Assembly: GCA_038087875.1 (NCBI GenBank)
Contig: CM075992.1
Span: 4,838,001 to 4,902,000 of the forward strand
Length of the DNA stretch: 64,000 bases
Direction of reading: 5' to 3'
DNA from: Malacoraja senta
Lineage: Eukaryota
Below the pieces are notes generated by a model. The model was not told the DNA's origin. It saw nothing but the letters and a program-made list of their open reading frames with translations, and searched no databases. The position numbers and the translations under genes are program-made. Below are positions 36,157 through 48,359 of this stretch, piece by piece; the stretch's first letter is position 1; every line of letters starts with the position of its first letter.

Positions 36157-36687
36157 TTTGTAACCCCATCCCCTGCCTGGCTTGTTTCTTTGGAACATCA
36201 CCAGTCCTGTACTTGGCTGGCACCCACAGCCTTAAAATTTGTCTGCACATTTACACCTCCCAGTTACATGTCTCTTTGATTGAGGTTCAGGTTTAGATCC
36301 AACTGCACTCTGCAGCTGGGTTGTGGGATGAGATTGCTACAGGTTTGCATGGAATTAGGTGAGTGGAAAGGTACACTGAGACAGTCAAAAGTTAATGGCC
36401 AGTCATTGGATCTGCATTAAGCGGGCTGAAGCCACCAAGATTGTTCTCCTTGGAACAAAGTGTGATGAAAGACATTTTCATAAGATCTAGGGGGTCTAAC
36501 GACAGAAAATCAAGGAGACACAAGAGACTGCAGATGCAGAAATCTTGAACAAAACTCAATATGCTGGAGGAATTCAACAGGTCAGGCAGCATCTGGGGAG
36601 GGAACCGACAGATGGTATTTTGGGTTGACCATTCTTAAGAAAATTACTATATATTGTCTGTGTGTCATTGCATATACGGGTTTGTTA

Positions 36688-36925
36688 ATGGCCTGTCCCA
36701 CTAGGCAATTTTTTTGGCGACTGCCGGCATCAATGACTGGCGTAACAGGTCACCGAAAAATTTGCGGCGTGACACGGCATAATGACGTATTGACGCGCGA
36801 TGTTTTTTCAAGTGTGGCAACTTTTTTTTTGTCATCGCTGGATTTTGAAATGTTCAAAAATCTTTTGGCGACACTGATATGACGCCGGCAGTCACCAAAA
36901 TAAATCGCCAAGTGGGACAGGCCCT
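36688..36925. mobile_element. PIF/Harbinger-type MITE, different interior
   Basis: TIR GGCCTGTCCCACT; TTA at 36685-36687 and 36926-36928. Confidence 0.82.
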
Positions 36926-37146
36926 TTAAGATGCTGCAAGTAAGAATTTCATTATTCCATTGTCAGTACATATGATCATGAAATACGCTTGATTTTTTTG
37001 ACATTCAGGCTGAAACTATTGCTTTTACCAGATGGTTCAAAGGAGAATGGAGAATATGAGGAGCAAAGAGGCAGGAGATATGGAAGGAAATGTCAAAAGG
37101 TTTGATCGAAACACTCTCATGATCAGAGCTTATGAAAGGATGGATA

Positions 37147-37453
37147 GTTTAGTTTAGTTTAGAGATACAGTACGGAAACGGGCCCTTCAGCCCACTGAGT
37201 CCATGCCGACCAAAGACCCCGTACACTTATACTATCCTGCACACACTAGGGACAATTTACAATTTCACTGAAGCCAATTAAGCTACAAACCTGTGCGTCT
37301 TTGGAGTGTGGGCGGTAACCGGAGATCCTGGAGAAAACCCACGCGGTCACAGGGAGAACGTACAAACTCCGTACAGACAGCACCCATAGTCAGGATCGAG
37401 TCCAGGTGTCTGGCGCTGTAAGGCAGCAGCTCTACCGCTGCGCCATCGTGCCA
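37147..37453 (-). mobile_element. V-SINE (HE1-like), near full length
   Basis: Reverse complement of consensus. Confidence 0.88.
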
Positions 37454-38519
37454 CACATGGATAACCTACCGAATTGGACAACGGGTCAGAAGAGAATGTT
37501 TTACAGCCTATGGTCACATACACAAAAGGTCAACTGGCAAGCTGTGCGCTGAAGGCATCCTACAATGCAAGAGGCAAGAATGTTTCATAGTCATATATAC
37601 CAAAAGAGAACAATGAAACTCATACTTGTAGCAGCATGACCCATTTGTAAATACAGTGCTCAATAGCTAACTTAATATAAACAAAGATAAAAAATTCAAT
37701 AAATGATATTCTAAACACCCAATATTAGTACAAAACAGAACAAAAGCCCACAGTGCATGGTGCAACCAAGGCTGTTCATAGTTCAGAGTTTAGTTGGTAT
37801 TTTTTGTCTTCGATTGCCTGATGGTTGTTGGGAAGAGGCTGTGACCGAACCTGGAAGTCATAGTGTTTGGACTCCTATGCCTTCTTTCCGATGGCAGGGG
37901 TGAAACGAGTGTGCGACTAGGGCTGTTTGGGTTATTGATGATGCTGGTTGCTCTTTTGAGGTACACATGTTTGATGATTTTATGGTGATTTTATGATTTT
38001 CAAATCCCTTGAGCTACAAAACCACTTGGGAGGAGGAGTTGGGAGTCACTTTGAGGAACTTTCTAAATTGTCACATGAGTTTTGTGAAATCTTCCTTTAG
38101 CTTCAGCATTGTTGTGGAGGACTGAATCAGCCAGACCCACTGGACCTTACCACATAGAACATACAACATAGAAAGATAGAGCACAGGAACAGGCCCTTCG
38201 GCCCACAATGTCTGTGCGAATCAAGATGCCAAGATAAACTCATCCTCTCAGCCTGCACCTGAGCCTCTTTAATGCCACGATTGTGAAACCGACTGCCTCC
38301 ACCACCAACCTTGGCAGTCGGTTCCAGGCACCCACCACCCCCTGTGTAATAATAGTTGCCCTGAACATCTCCTTACCTTCAAGCAATGCAATTTAGTCTT
38401 TGCCACTTCCACTCGTGGAAAAGGGTTCGAACTGTCTATTTTAAATCTCACATAAGTTTATATATTTCTATTAGGTTTTCTACACTTCTAGTCATTTTTC
38501 ATATCAGTTAGCAACACTT

Positions 38520-38684
38520 GTCCATACAATGTCATCCAACATCATTGGAACATACAATCTCAAGCAACATCAATGGACCATACGGAGTCATATGACATCA
38601 GTGGACCATACAGAGTCATACGACATCAGACGATCATACAATGTCATACAATATAATTGAATCATACAATGTCATACGATATCA
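38520..38684. repeat. Degenerate ~28-bp minisatellite (continues at 38815-38867 and 39454-39500)
   Basis: Repeated CATACAATGTCATACAACATCAGTGGAC-like units. Confidence 0.75.
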
Positions 38685-38814
38685 GGGGTGGGAGATTGCA
38701 ACCTTCACTGTTTCGACGAATGCAATCAACCCGGCGTGCACAATCAAATAAGATCAAATAGAACAAGTTGTCCTGCAACTTTAGGCTGTGCACGCCACAC
38801 GCAAGAAGAAGAAG
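38685..38814 (+). mobile_element. Short retroposon family A, second copy (11-nt deletion in the ribozyme)
   Basis: Colinear with 6683-6544; (GAA)n tail; flanks ATACGATATCA / ATACGACATCA. Confidence 0.85.
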
Positions 38815-38867
38815 ATACGACATCAGTGGACCATGCAATGTCTTACAACTTCAACAGCATATACAAT

Positions 38868-38955
38868 GGGGATCATGACAGAAGCCTCCTCGTGGCGATC
38901 CCCGGAAACGACGACACGATGCACTCTGTGACGCGTCGGGCGACCAATTCTGTCA
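38868..38955 (+). ncRNA. HDV-like self-cleaving ribozyme (predicted, canonical topology)
   Basis: P1 GGGGAUC/GAUCCCC, P2 UGACAGAA/UUCUGUCA, P3 GCC/GGC, L3 UCCUCGU, P1.1 CC/GG, P4 with CGACG/CGUCG, J4/2 CCAA. Confidence 0.9.
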
Positions 38956-38995
38956 ACATGTTGGACGATGACAGAAGCCAACAGCGAGCTATACG

Positions 38996-39430
38996 TCAAG
39001 TCAAGAGAGTTTATTGTCATGTGTCCCAGATAGGACAATGAAATTCCTGCTTGTTACAGCACAACAGAATATTGGAAACAAAATACAGAAGAGTTCAGTT
39101 CAATATACACATAAATAAGCAGATAAAGTGCAATAGGCTGTTACAGTTCAGAGTCTGTTTGTTGGTGAGTTTAATAGCCTGATGGCTGTGGGGAAGCAGC
39201 TGTTCCTGAACCTGGATGTTGCAGATTTCAAGCTCCTGTACCTTCTGCCCGATGGTAGCAGAGAGATGAGTGCGTGGCCAGGATGGTGTTGGTCCTTGAT
39301 GATGTTAGCTGCCTTTTTGAGGCAGCGACTGCGATAGATCCCTTCGATGGTGGGGAGGTCAGAGCCGATGATGGACTGGGCAGTGGTTACAACTTTCAGC
39401 ATTCTTTTCCGCTCCTGGACGCTCAAGTTG
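38996..39430 (-). mobile_element. Rex1/Babar-clade LINE 3' end nested in family B element
   Basis: LPTIEGIYRSRCLKKAANIIKD...LPSGRRYRSL...AIRLLN; 3'UTR with AATAAA and CTTGA tail. Confidence 0.88.
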
Positions 39431-40309
39431 CTCGTCTGACACCCGAGCGAGCGAGCATATACAATATCATACAACATCAGTGGACCATACAATGTCACAG
39501 GAGATATCTTGAGAACGAAACAGTTGCAATTAGCCTCGAACTGACCCCATAATCTGATTATTCTCAAATAGACCTAGTTGCCCCGAAAGGACCGCTTATT
39601 TAAAGAGTGCTCTCCACTTTAGAATAAGCATAATACATTGTAGGTTCGATTATTTTAACTTCCTGTCCTGGTGAACCACTTCTTCATTCAATAAGAAACA
39701 CTAGAGGATTGTGGTACCGTTAAACTACCAGTATATCGGCCCAGTGTTTTGGTTGCTATGGACTGTTGCTAGGAATCAAGGGTGTTTTAACCAATTCATA
39801 TTTAATGATTTAAAGGTGTAGTGGTGACTGAAGAGAGTAGTTTGATCCAGTGCATTGCGGTCTGAATAGGAAAGGCATGGAGATAGATTGCCTTCATTGT
39901 TGATGCAACAGACCAGGTTTCCATGGCAACAATATGTGTTAAAAGAGGTGACAAAATACAGTGAAGCATTTTAGACAGAATTATATGTGTTAGCAATGGT
40001 ACAAGCCTAGGCAGTGCACTTGGGGCTGCGTTACAATTGGATTCAATTGAGGCTTTGGTCAACTGCACCCTCTAGTTAAATGTTAATCAAGTAACAGGGG
40101 ATTAACAAGGAGTGCCAGTGGGTGAGAGGTTACCTTGACTTCTTTTGCTGGTTCTCTGCCAACAGTGTGTGAACAAAGTCCTGGACGTAGATGTGCAAAG
40201 TGTTGGAAAGTGCAGCCTGGGGTTTCTAAACCATTGTTCAAACATTCGGTTATTGCCTGGTATTGCACGGACGTCAGAGCACAGAAAGAGCCCAACAGTT
40301 TAACCATGC

Positions 40310-40660
40310 CATGCTCCCGGTTGCCAAACACTTTAACTTCCCCCTCCCATTCCCGCACTGACCTTTCCGTCCAGGGCCTCCTCCATTGTCAGAGTGAGGC
40401 CCAGCACAAATTGGAGGAACAGCACTTCATATTTCACTTGGGCAACTTACACCCCAGTGGTATGAACATTGACTTCTCTAACTTCAAGTGACACTTGCTT
40501 TCCCATTCTCTCCATCCCGCCCCCCTTTCTGTGCTCACAGTTCTCCGACCAGTCTGACTGCCCCGATTACATTTCACCTCTGTTTGCTTTGTTGTTACCT
40601 TCTCCTAGTTAACAATGATCTATTCTACATTTTCCTTGATCTCACCCCCTTTGATGACTT
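40310..40660 (+). mobile_element. Penelope-like element 3' fragment (GIY-YIG C-terminus and UTR)
   Basis: PSHSRTDLSVQGLLH...KLEEQHFIFHLGNLHPSGMNIDFSNF. Confidence 0.85.
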
Positions 40661-41431
40661 GTTCCAAACCTCAGATCATAACGTCATACAAAATGGAAAC
40701 AGGCCCTTCAGCCCAACCCATCCACACTGCCCAGGATGCCCCATCCAAGCTACACAATAGGACACAAAGTGCTGGAGTAACTCAGTCGGTCAGGCAGCAT
40801 CTCTGGAGAACATGGAACATGGTGTCATTTTGGGTCGAGGCCCTTCTTCATTCGGCTGGATTCTTGATCAAAACTCTAAGTGCTGGAAGAACTCAACGGG
40901 TCCGTCAGCATCTGCAGAGGGAATAAACAGACCACCTTTCGGGTCAGGACGCTTCTTCAGACTAATCTTTTAACATTGAGAGTTAACTAAAAGTTAAATA
41001 TTTCAAGCATACGCCTCCAGATATTTTTAATGCTGAGTTTTCAAAAGCAGTGATTAATTGACATTACGAATGGTTCTTAAAAGCCTTTGTATAATATTTC
41101 AAAATCTGTCCTATCTGCACTGGAGTTGAGAGGTGATCTCACTCAGCATCTGAGATTCAGAGAGGGATAGACAATGGACAAAAGACAATAGGTGCAGGAG
41201 TAGGCCATTCGCCCCTTCGAGCCAGCACCGCCATTCAATGTGATCATGGCTGATCATCCACAATCAGTACCCCATTCCTGCCTTCTCCCCATATCCCTTG
41301 ACTCCGCTATCTTTAAGAGCCCTATCTAACTCTCTTGAAAGCATCCAGAGAATTGGCCTCCACCGCCCTCAGAGAAGGCAGAGAATTCCAAAGACTCACA
41401 ACTCTGTGTGTGAAAAAAGTGTTTCCTCATC

Positions 41432-41535
41432 GTGGGTGGGTGTGTGTGTGAGTGTGGGTGAGTGGGTGTGTGTGTGGGTGGGTGTGTGGGTGTGTGTGTG
41501 TGTGCGTGAGTGAGTGTGAGTGTGTGTGAGTGTGC
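41432..41535. repeat. (GT)n/(GTGG)/(GTGA) microsatellite
   Basis: Directly visible. Confidence 0.95.
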
Positions 41536-42069
41536 ATGTACGGCCCGCAAAAACGTGCCAAATGTATAATGTGGCCCTCATGCTGAAAAGTTTGGAATAG
41601 GGCGTAGAGAGAGATGAAAATAGAGGTGGCATTCGATGGAGGTGAATGATACCTAACATTGGACCACTCAATGTTCACACATTTAGGGTGAAAATAGCAC
41701 CCTAACCAGTCTCATGTTTGATTGGTGAAGATGTTCACACTGTTAACATCAAACCATGAGAGGGCAAGGTGGAGAGTGATCTCAACATCTCTTTGATGTG
41801 AGTTTCTTTATAAGTAATCTAATGCCACTTGATGCAATCCGTCCCGACAATGAGTATGAATGCACAGTCAAACCATTACACAGTCTAGTCTCAGTGGCGG
41901 TTTTTCATAAAGTGAATGATATGCCCGTAGATTTGGCATTTACTTACCTCTGGGGAACAGTTTCTCTGCATTGTTCCCATTCTTATAGGTGTCTCTGAGA
42001 CAGTCTGAAATACCCACTCATATATGCAACACGCTCACAACAATTCGCAGATCAAGTTTTGAACCTGTC

Positions 42070-42800
42070 ATAGACACAAAATGCTGGAGTAACTCGGCGG
42101 GACAGGCAGCATCGCTGAAGAGAAGGAATGGGTGACGTTTCGGGTCGAGACCCTTCTTCAGACTGAGAGTCAGGCGAGAGGGAGACATAGAGATATGGAA
42201 GGGTATGGTGTGAAAACACAGATCAAAGGGGACGATGATCAAGGAAATGTACAAATGTACAATCAGCACTTCAACTCCCCCTCCCATTCCGTATCTGACC
42301 TCTCTGTCCTGGGTCTCCTCCATGGCCACAGCGAGCAACACCGTAAATTGGAGGAAATGCACCTCATATTCCGCTTGGGCAGTCTACATCCTGGTGGCCT
42401 GAACATTGAATTCTCCCAATTCTGCTAGCCCTGGCTGTCCCCTCCCCTTCATCAGCCATCTGGTTGTCTCCTCCCCTCCCCCAGCCCTCGGGCTCCTCCT
42501 CCGCCTTTTCCTTTTTTCCTTTCTTCTCCCCACCCCCTATCAGTCTGAAGAAGGGTTTCGGCCCGAAACGTTACCTATTTCCTTCGCTCCATAGATGCTG
42601 CTGCACCCGCTGAGTTTCTCCAGCATTATTGTGTACCTACAATGGTACATTGTTAGCTGAGGGGAAGGTGACAATTGGGCATGCAATCAGCAATATTTAA
42701 TCATGAGGGCAGTGAAACTAGTCATAGAACTAGGCTGGGGGAGGGATGGAGAGAGAAGGAGAGCAAGGGTCACTTGGAGTTGGAGAAATCAATATTCATT
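42070..42800. mobile_element. Nested Penelope-like fragments (plus-strand 42255-42640 inside a minus-strand 3' end)
   Basis: QHFNSPSHSVSDLSVLGLLH...LEEMHLIFRLGSLHPGGLNIEFS followed by a pLTR; flanks are the reverse complement of the 52690-53020 UTR/pLTR. Confidence 0.8.
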
Positions 42801-45297
42801 TCTGCTTTTGTGCTCAAGTGCCACTACATCATCAGGCCTTGGTCTCGATTTCCTGCAATAACTACCCTCATTCTCTTCCGCTGTTGTACCCAATCATGCC
42901 AATGGCATCTTTCATGCATCCAATCCTCCTCCAATCTGTGCTTGGACTCTCTCCGAGTTTACACTTCCCGGTCATTGTTCTTCCCTCAATCACACGTCTT
43001 GGACCATTAGCTCATAGCCCTGGACATTCACGTGCTTGTCGAGACAAGTGTTATGAGAGTCTCTGCCTCCACCAACCCCATGGGCAATGAGTTCCAGGTT
43101 CAAGCTGCACTCTGGGTGAAGAAAAAATCCCCTTATAAAACTCTTACCCCTTTCCCCTGAACCTATACCCTCTGATCTTAGAATCGTCTGCCATGGGTAA
43201 AGGTTTTTAACAATTTTCACCTTTTATGTCACTCATAATTTTGTATAGGTCCATTAGATCCCCTCTGTACATTATCTGCTCCAAGGAAATCACTCCAGCC
43301 GATGTAACCTTCCCTCATAACGGAAACGCTCCATCCCAGGCAACATTCTGGTGAAGATAGACACAAAGGGCCAGGCAGCATCTCTGGAGGAAAAAGATAG
43401 GTAATGTTTCAGGACGGGACCCTTTTTCAGAAACTGGTGAATCTGGGTCTGAGGAGGGGTCCTGACCTGAAACATCACCCGACCATTCCCTCCGCAGATG
43501 CTGCCTGACCCATTGAGTTCCTCCAGCACTTTGTGTTTTTTTCAAGATACCAGCATCTGCAGTTTCTTATGTCTCCTGGTGAATCTCCTCCATACCCTCT
43601 CTGGTGCAAACACCTTCTCCCTATCGCGAGGTCAAATCTCAGGATGCTCTCAAGAGGGAGTTAGATAGAGCTATTAAAGATAGCGAAGTCAAGGGATATG
43701 GGGAGAAGGCAGGAACGGGGTACTGATTGTGGATGGCTCAAAGGCCCGAATGGCCTACTCCTGCACCTATTGTCTATTGTCTATTATCTAATGAGTGAAA
43801 CTGCATACAATCTCCAGCTGTGGTTGAATCAATGATTCATGAAGTTGGACACAAAGTGCTGGAGTAACTCAGCGGGTCAGGCAGCATCTCTGGAGAGAAG
43901 GAATACGTGACGTTTCGTGTCGAGACCCTGCAGTTGTACTTATTTACTCATTCTTGTGATGTCGACATTGCTGGCTGTTGGATCGTTTAGTGCCCCTTTT
44001 TCATTTGCCCCTTAACTGAGGGGTCATATATGAGTCAAAGAACATAGAACAGTGCAGTGCGGCAACAGATCCTTTGGCCCACAAAGTCCATGCCGAACAT
44101 GATGCCAAGATAAACTAATCTTCTTGCCTGTGCTACCTCAACTACTACTACTTCTCATCTGCTGTAACATCTTTGCACAACCCAACATTTGATGGGCAAG
44201 GCCCAATAGAAACAATAGCCTTGCTTTTCTTTTGCCAAAACACTTAGCTGTGCTGGCTTTTTGAAATACAGTGAGCATGTGAGGCTTATTTTTATCCTAA
44301 GACCTGGCCGCATCATACTGTCTGTACGGAGTTTGAACATTCTCCCTGTGATCGCGAGATCTTTGGTTTCCTCCCGCATTCCAAAGACGTACAGGTTTGT
44401 AGGTTAATTGGCTTGGTATAATTATAAATGGTCCCTGGTGTGTGTAGGGTAGTTTTAGTGTGCGGGGATCGCTGGTCGGTGTGGACTGGGTGGGCCGAAG
44501 GGCATGTTTCCGCGCTGTATCTCAAAACTAAATTAATCAATGTGTCAACAACACATCCCTCTCAAATGTGATCACATTTTCCACAGAAGGGATTTCATCA
44601 CAATCCAAGGTCCAAGGTCATCCTCTCCATTACCAATCCTCACTGGTGACTGTGGTGGCTTCCATTTTGTCATTGCTTTCTCCAGCACATTTTATGCCCT
44701 CTCTTCTTGACTGGTAAATGGACAGATCCATTTGCCTCACACATTCTATTGACCCAAAGGTTAAGTTAGTCATCTTAAAGGGTGTTCTTAACTCTCTCCC
44801 CACTTCCCTTTTTTTGTGCAATTCATTGGTTGGAACATTTTCCATTTGCGTCACTCTCCGTCTGTTTGACGTCACCAACTGCTTGATACTTGGCAATAAC
44901 CTCAGACCTATGTTCTCTTGAAAAGCTCCCTTGAAATAGAATTGTTCTCATTCCATTCAACTTCCAGCATAAAGCATTGGGCTTCCATGGAGTGTTGTGT
45001 GCTGTTCTGATCACCCCTCAGCAAGAAGGAGGTGACGGCTTTGAAAAGGGTGCAGAGGAGATTTCCCAGAATGATGCCTGGATTAGCTACAAGGAGAGGC
45101 TGGACTGATGGATGATTTGCTCTGGAGCACTGGAGTTTGAGGAGAGACCTGATGGATATACAGTATATAAAATTACGGAAGGCACAGATAGGGTTGACAG
45201 TCAGAATCTTTTCCCAGGATGGAAATATCAAAAGCTAGAGTGCGTAGCTTTGAGACGAGAGAGGCAAAGGTTAAAGGAGATGCATGGGGCAAGAGGT

Positions 45298-45402
45298 TGG
45301 TGGGTGCCTGGAACACATTGCCAGGGGTGGTGGTGGGTGCCTGGAATGCATTGCCAGGGGTGGTGGTGGGTGCCTGGAATGCATTGCCAGGGGTGGTGGT
45401 GG
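45298..45402 (+). repeat. 33-bp tandem triplication within an old CR1 fragment (45020-45510)
   Basis: TGGTGGGTGCCTGGAA(C/T)(A/G)CATTGCCAGGGGTGG repeated three times. Confidence 0.9.
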
Positions 45403-45513
45403 AGGCAGAAACAATAGTAGCATTTAAGAGGCTTGTGGACAGTCACACGGATATGAAGGGAATGGAGGGATATGGATTATGTGCACTTTGCAGGCAGATA
45501 AGGGTTGGTCTTA

Positions 45514-46111
45514 TAGACAATAGACAATAGACAATAGGTGCAGGAGTAGGCCATTCGGCCCTTCGAGCCAGCACCGTCATTCAATGTGATCATGGCTGAT
45601 CATCCCCAATCAGTACCCCGTTCCTGCCTTCTCCCCATATCCCCTGACTCCACTATTTTTAAGATCCCTATCTAGCTCTCTCTTGAAAGCATCCAGAGAA
45701 CCGGCCTCCACCGCCCTCTGAGGCAGAGAATTCCACAGACTCACCACTCTCTGTGAGAAAAAGAGTTTCCTCGTCTCCGCTCTAAATGGCTTACCCCTTA
45801 TTCTTAAACTGTGGCCCCTGGTTCTGGACTCCCCCAACATCGGGAACATGTTTCCTGCCTCTAGCGTGTCCAAGCCCTTAACAATCTTATATGTTTCAAT
45901 GAGAGGCCCTCTCATCCTTCTAAACTCCAGAGTGTACAAGCCCAGCTGCTCCATTCTCTCAGCATATGACAGTCCCGCCATCCCGGGAATTAACGTTGAA
46001 AAACCTACGCTGCACTCCCTCAATAGCAAGAATGTCCTTCCTCAAATTAGGGGACCAAAACTGCACACAATACTCCAGGTGTGGTCTCACTAGGGCTCTG
46101 TACAACTGCAG
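45514..46111 (-). mobile_element. CR1 LINE 3' fragment, young
   Basis: [21 protein letters not shown]...LEFRRMRG...LWNSLP; (TATTGTC)n tail. Confidence 0.92.
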
Positions 46112-48359
46112 AAGTCTTGGCATCATGTTCGGCACGGACATTGTGAGCCGAAAGGCCTGTTCTATGTTCTATGTTCTATGTCCTGTAGGTGGTGTGGATT
46201 TAATTCAGACTGCAGATGTGGGAAGTATAGTCAATTTATTGAGAAAGTTCCAGGCTGTGTTTGATTTTAATTCCAGAAGCATGAACGATGAAATCATTCA
46301 GTTACTCAAAGAAGTCCGTGTGTCCAGTTCCTGTGCGGTGTGCTGTTTATATCGAGGATACACAACAACAGGGCTGTGGCTGGGAGAAAATTAACTATCC
46401 AGGCAAGGCAACCACAAAATTTACAAGCTGCAAGCACGTGGACCACCATCGCGGGCTGTCAGAGGTTGAACAGAAAGAGTCTTGCGCTTTCATAAGTTAT
46501 AGGAGCAGAATTAGGTCATTCGGCCCATCAAGCCTACTCTGACATTCAATCATGGCTGATCTATCTTTTCCTCTCAACCCCATTCTCCTGCCATCTCCCC
46601 ATACCCGCTGATACCCGTACTAATCAAGAATCTGCCAATCTCTGCCTTAAAAATAACCACTGACTTGGCCTCCACAGCCGTCTGTGGCAAAGAATTCCAC
46701 AGATTCACCACCCTCTGACTAAAGAAATTTCTCCTCATCTCCTCGCGAAAGCTTTTCACAACTACAGAACCATTTAAGTTACATTTTATCGATACACGGA
46801 ACTGCAGATGCTGGAATCTTGAGTATAACACAAAGTGCTGGAATATCTCAGTGGGTCAGGCAGCATCCGTGGTGGGAATGGACAGGTCACGTTTTGGTTC
46901 GGGACCTTCAGACTGTAGTACGAGTGGGGGGAAGGGGGGAGAAAGCTGGATAAAGCTTGGCAAGTGATAGGTGGATACAGGTGAAGGGGGTTTTATTTGT
47001 AGATGGACTGGAGATGAAAATGAGACGAAAGAGTGCCAGATATGGAAAGTCATCTTCATGACAAGTGCGGTGGTCATTATCGTCAACCCTATCCCAGCTG
47101 TAGACTTACCACTGCTGGAGTAACTCAGTGGATCAGGCTGCATCTGTGGAGGGAATGGACAGGGTGGCAGAGTGTGGTGGGGATGCCCCTCAAAACAAGG
47201 GAAGGGATTTCATGCCAGTAGACCACATGAGCGGCAAGGGTGTGGGGTAAAATTGTGATTTGGGGAAACTGCATTGTGTATTTGTATTACCTCCGAAAAT
47301 GTCGGATGAAGTTTTTTGCACGGTTCATGTACTGTATGTATTTATTACTTGAATAAAGTCTATTTTGAAAATAAAGGTGATGTACAAACTCCGTACAGAT
47401 AGCACCCGTAGTCAGGATCGAACCCAGGTCTCTGGCGCTGTAAGGCAGCAACTCTGAGGGGTAAGCCACTCCCACCAGTTGTTGAATATTCCTCTACCAA
47501 ACTAGTGGGACTAACTGTACCATCTACTGACACCAGGCTTCAGGGAACTGCAGATGCCGGTTTACAATAAAAAAGAAACAAAGTGCTGGAGTAACTCAGC
47601 GTGTCAGGCAGCATCTCCGGAGAACATGGATAGGTGACATTTTGGGTTGGGACCCTTCTTCAGAGTTTTTTTTTCCAAAATTAAACTTTATTTAGAATAA
47701 AAAATATATACAAATTGAGAACAGTGCCAAATCGTTTCCAAAGTTGTCAGTGTCTATACATTCATTAGTGTCATATTCAGTAGTGTTCACTCCAACCAGT
47801 CTGACTGTCCTCCTGATTACATTTTATCTTTGTATGCCTCATTGTCACCTTCCCCCAGCTAACAATTATCTATTCTACATTTTTCTTGAACTTCGTCCCC
47901 TTTGATCTCTCGTTTTCACACCATACCCATCCATATCTCTGTGTCTCCCTCTCCCCTGACTCTCAGACTGAAGAAGGGTCTCGACCCAAAACGTCACCCA
48001 TTCCTTCTCTCCAGAGATGCTACCTGCCCTGCTGAGTTACTCCAGCATTTTGTGTCTATCTTCCGTTTAAACCAGCACCTGCAGTTCCTTCCTGCTAACT
48101 TCTAGGATTGGATTTACCTTTCTAGTGGGGTCAATACATTCACAACTGATCCACACTGACTTGGCAACCTTACAAACACAAAAATGAGTGAGAAAAAATG
48201 ATAAACTTAACAACATGTTGGTTGCCTAGACCATATGTTCACACTTTGGAAAGCTCACCAGGTTTCTGATGTATGTGTAACTTCCATTACACATTCAGGC
48301 TGGGTGGTCCATTACAATACAGCTGTTTCATCACTCTTCTAGAGCAGTTTCTAGAGAAG

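Larger units (their letters stand above)
38868..39453 (+). mobile_element. Short non-autonomous retroposon, family B (~155 nt without the nested Rex1 insert)
   Basis: Perfect 12-bp TSD AGCATATACAAT at 38856-38867 and 39454-39465; (GAGC)n tail; 5' end is G1 of an HDV-like fold. Confidence 0.82.

Noticed and set aside
35683..36163. GC-rich ORFs and CpG-island promoter
   Set aside because: Entirely within a TIR/TSD-bounded hAT MITE.
38520..38684. CRISPR-like array
   Set aside because: Degenerate contiguous minisatellite without unique spacers, in a eukaryotic context.
41326..41678. His/Thr-rich ORFs
   Set aside because: Translations of a GT microsatellite.
45112..45530. Trp/Cys-rich repeat protein (WWWVPGMHCQG)
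   Set aside because: Off-frame reading of a 33-bp triplication in a CR1 relic.
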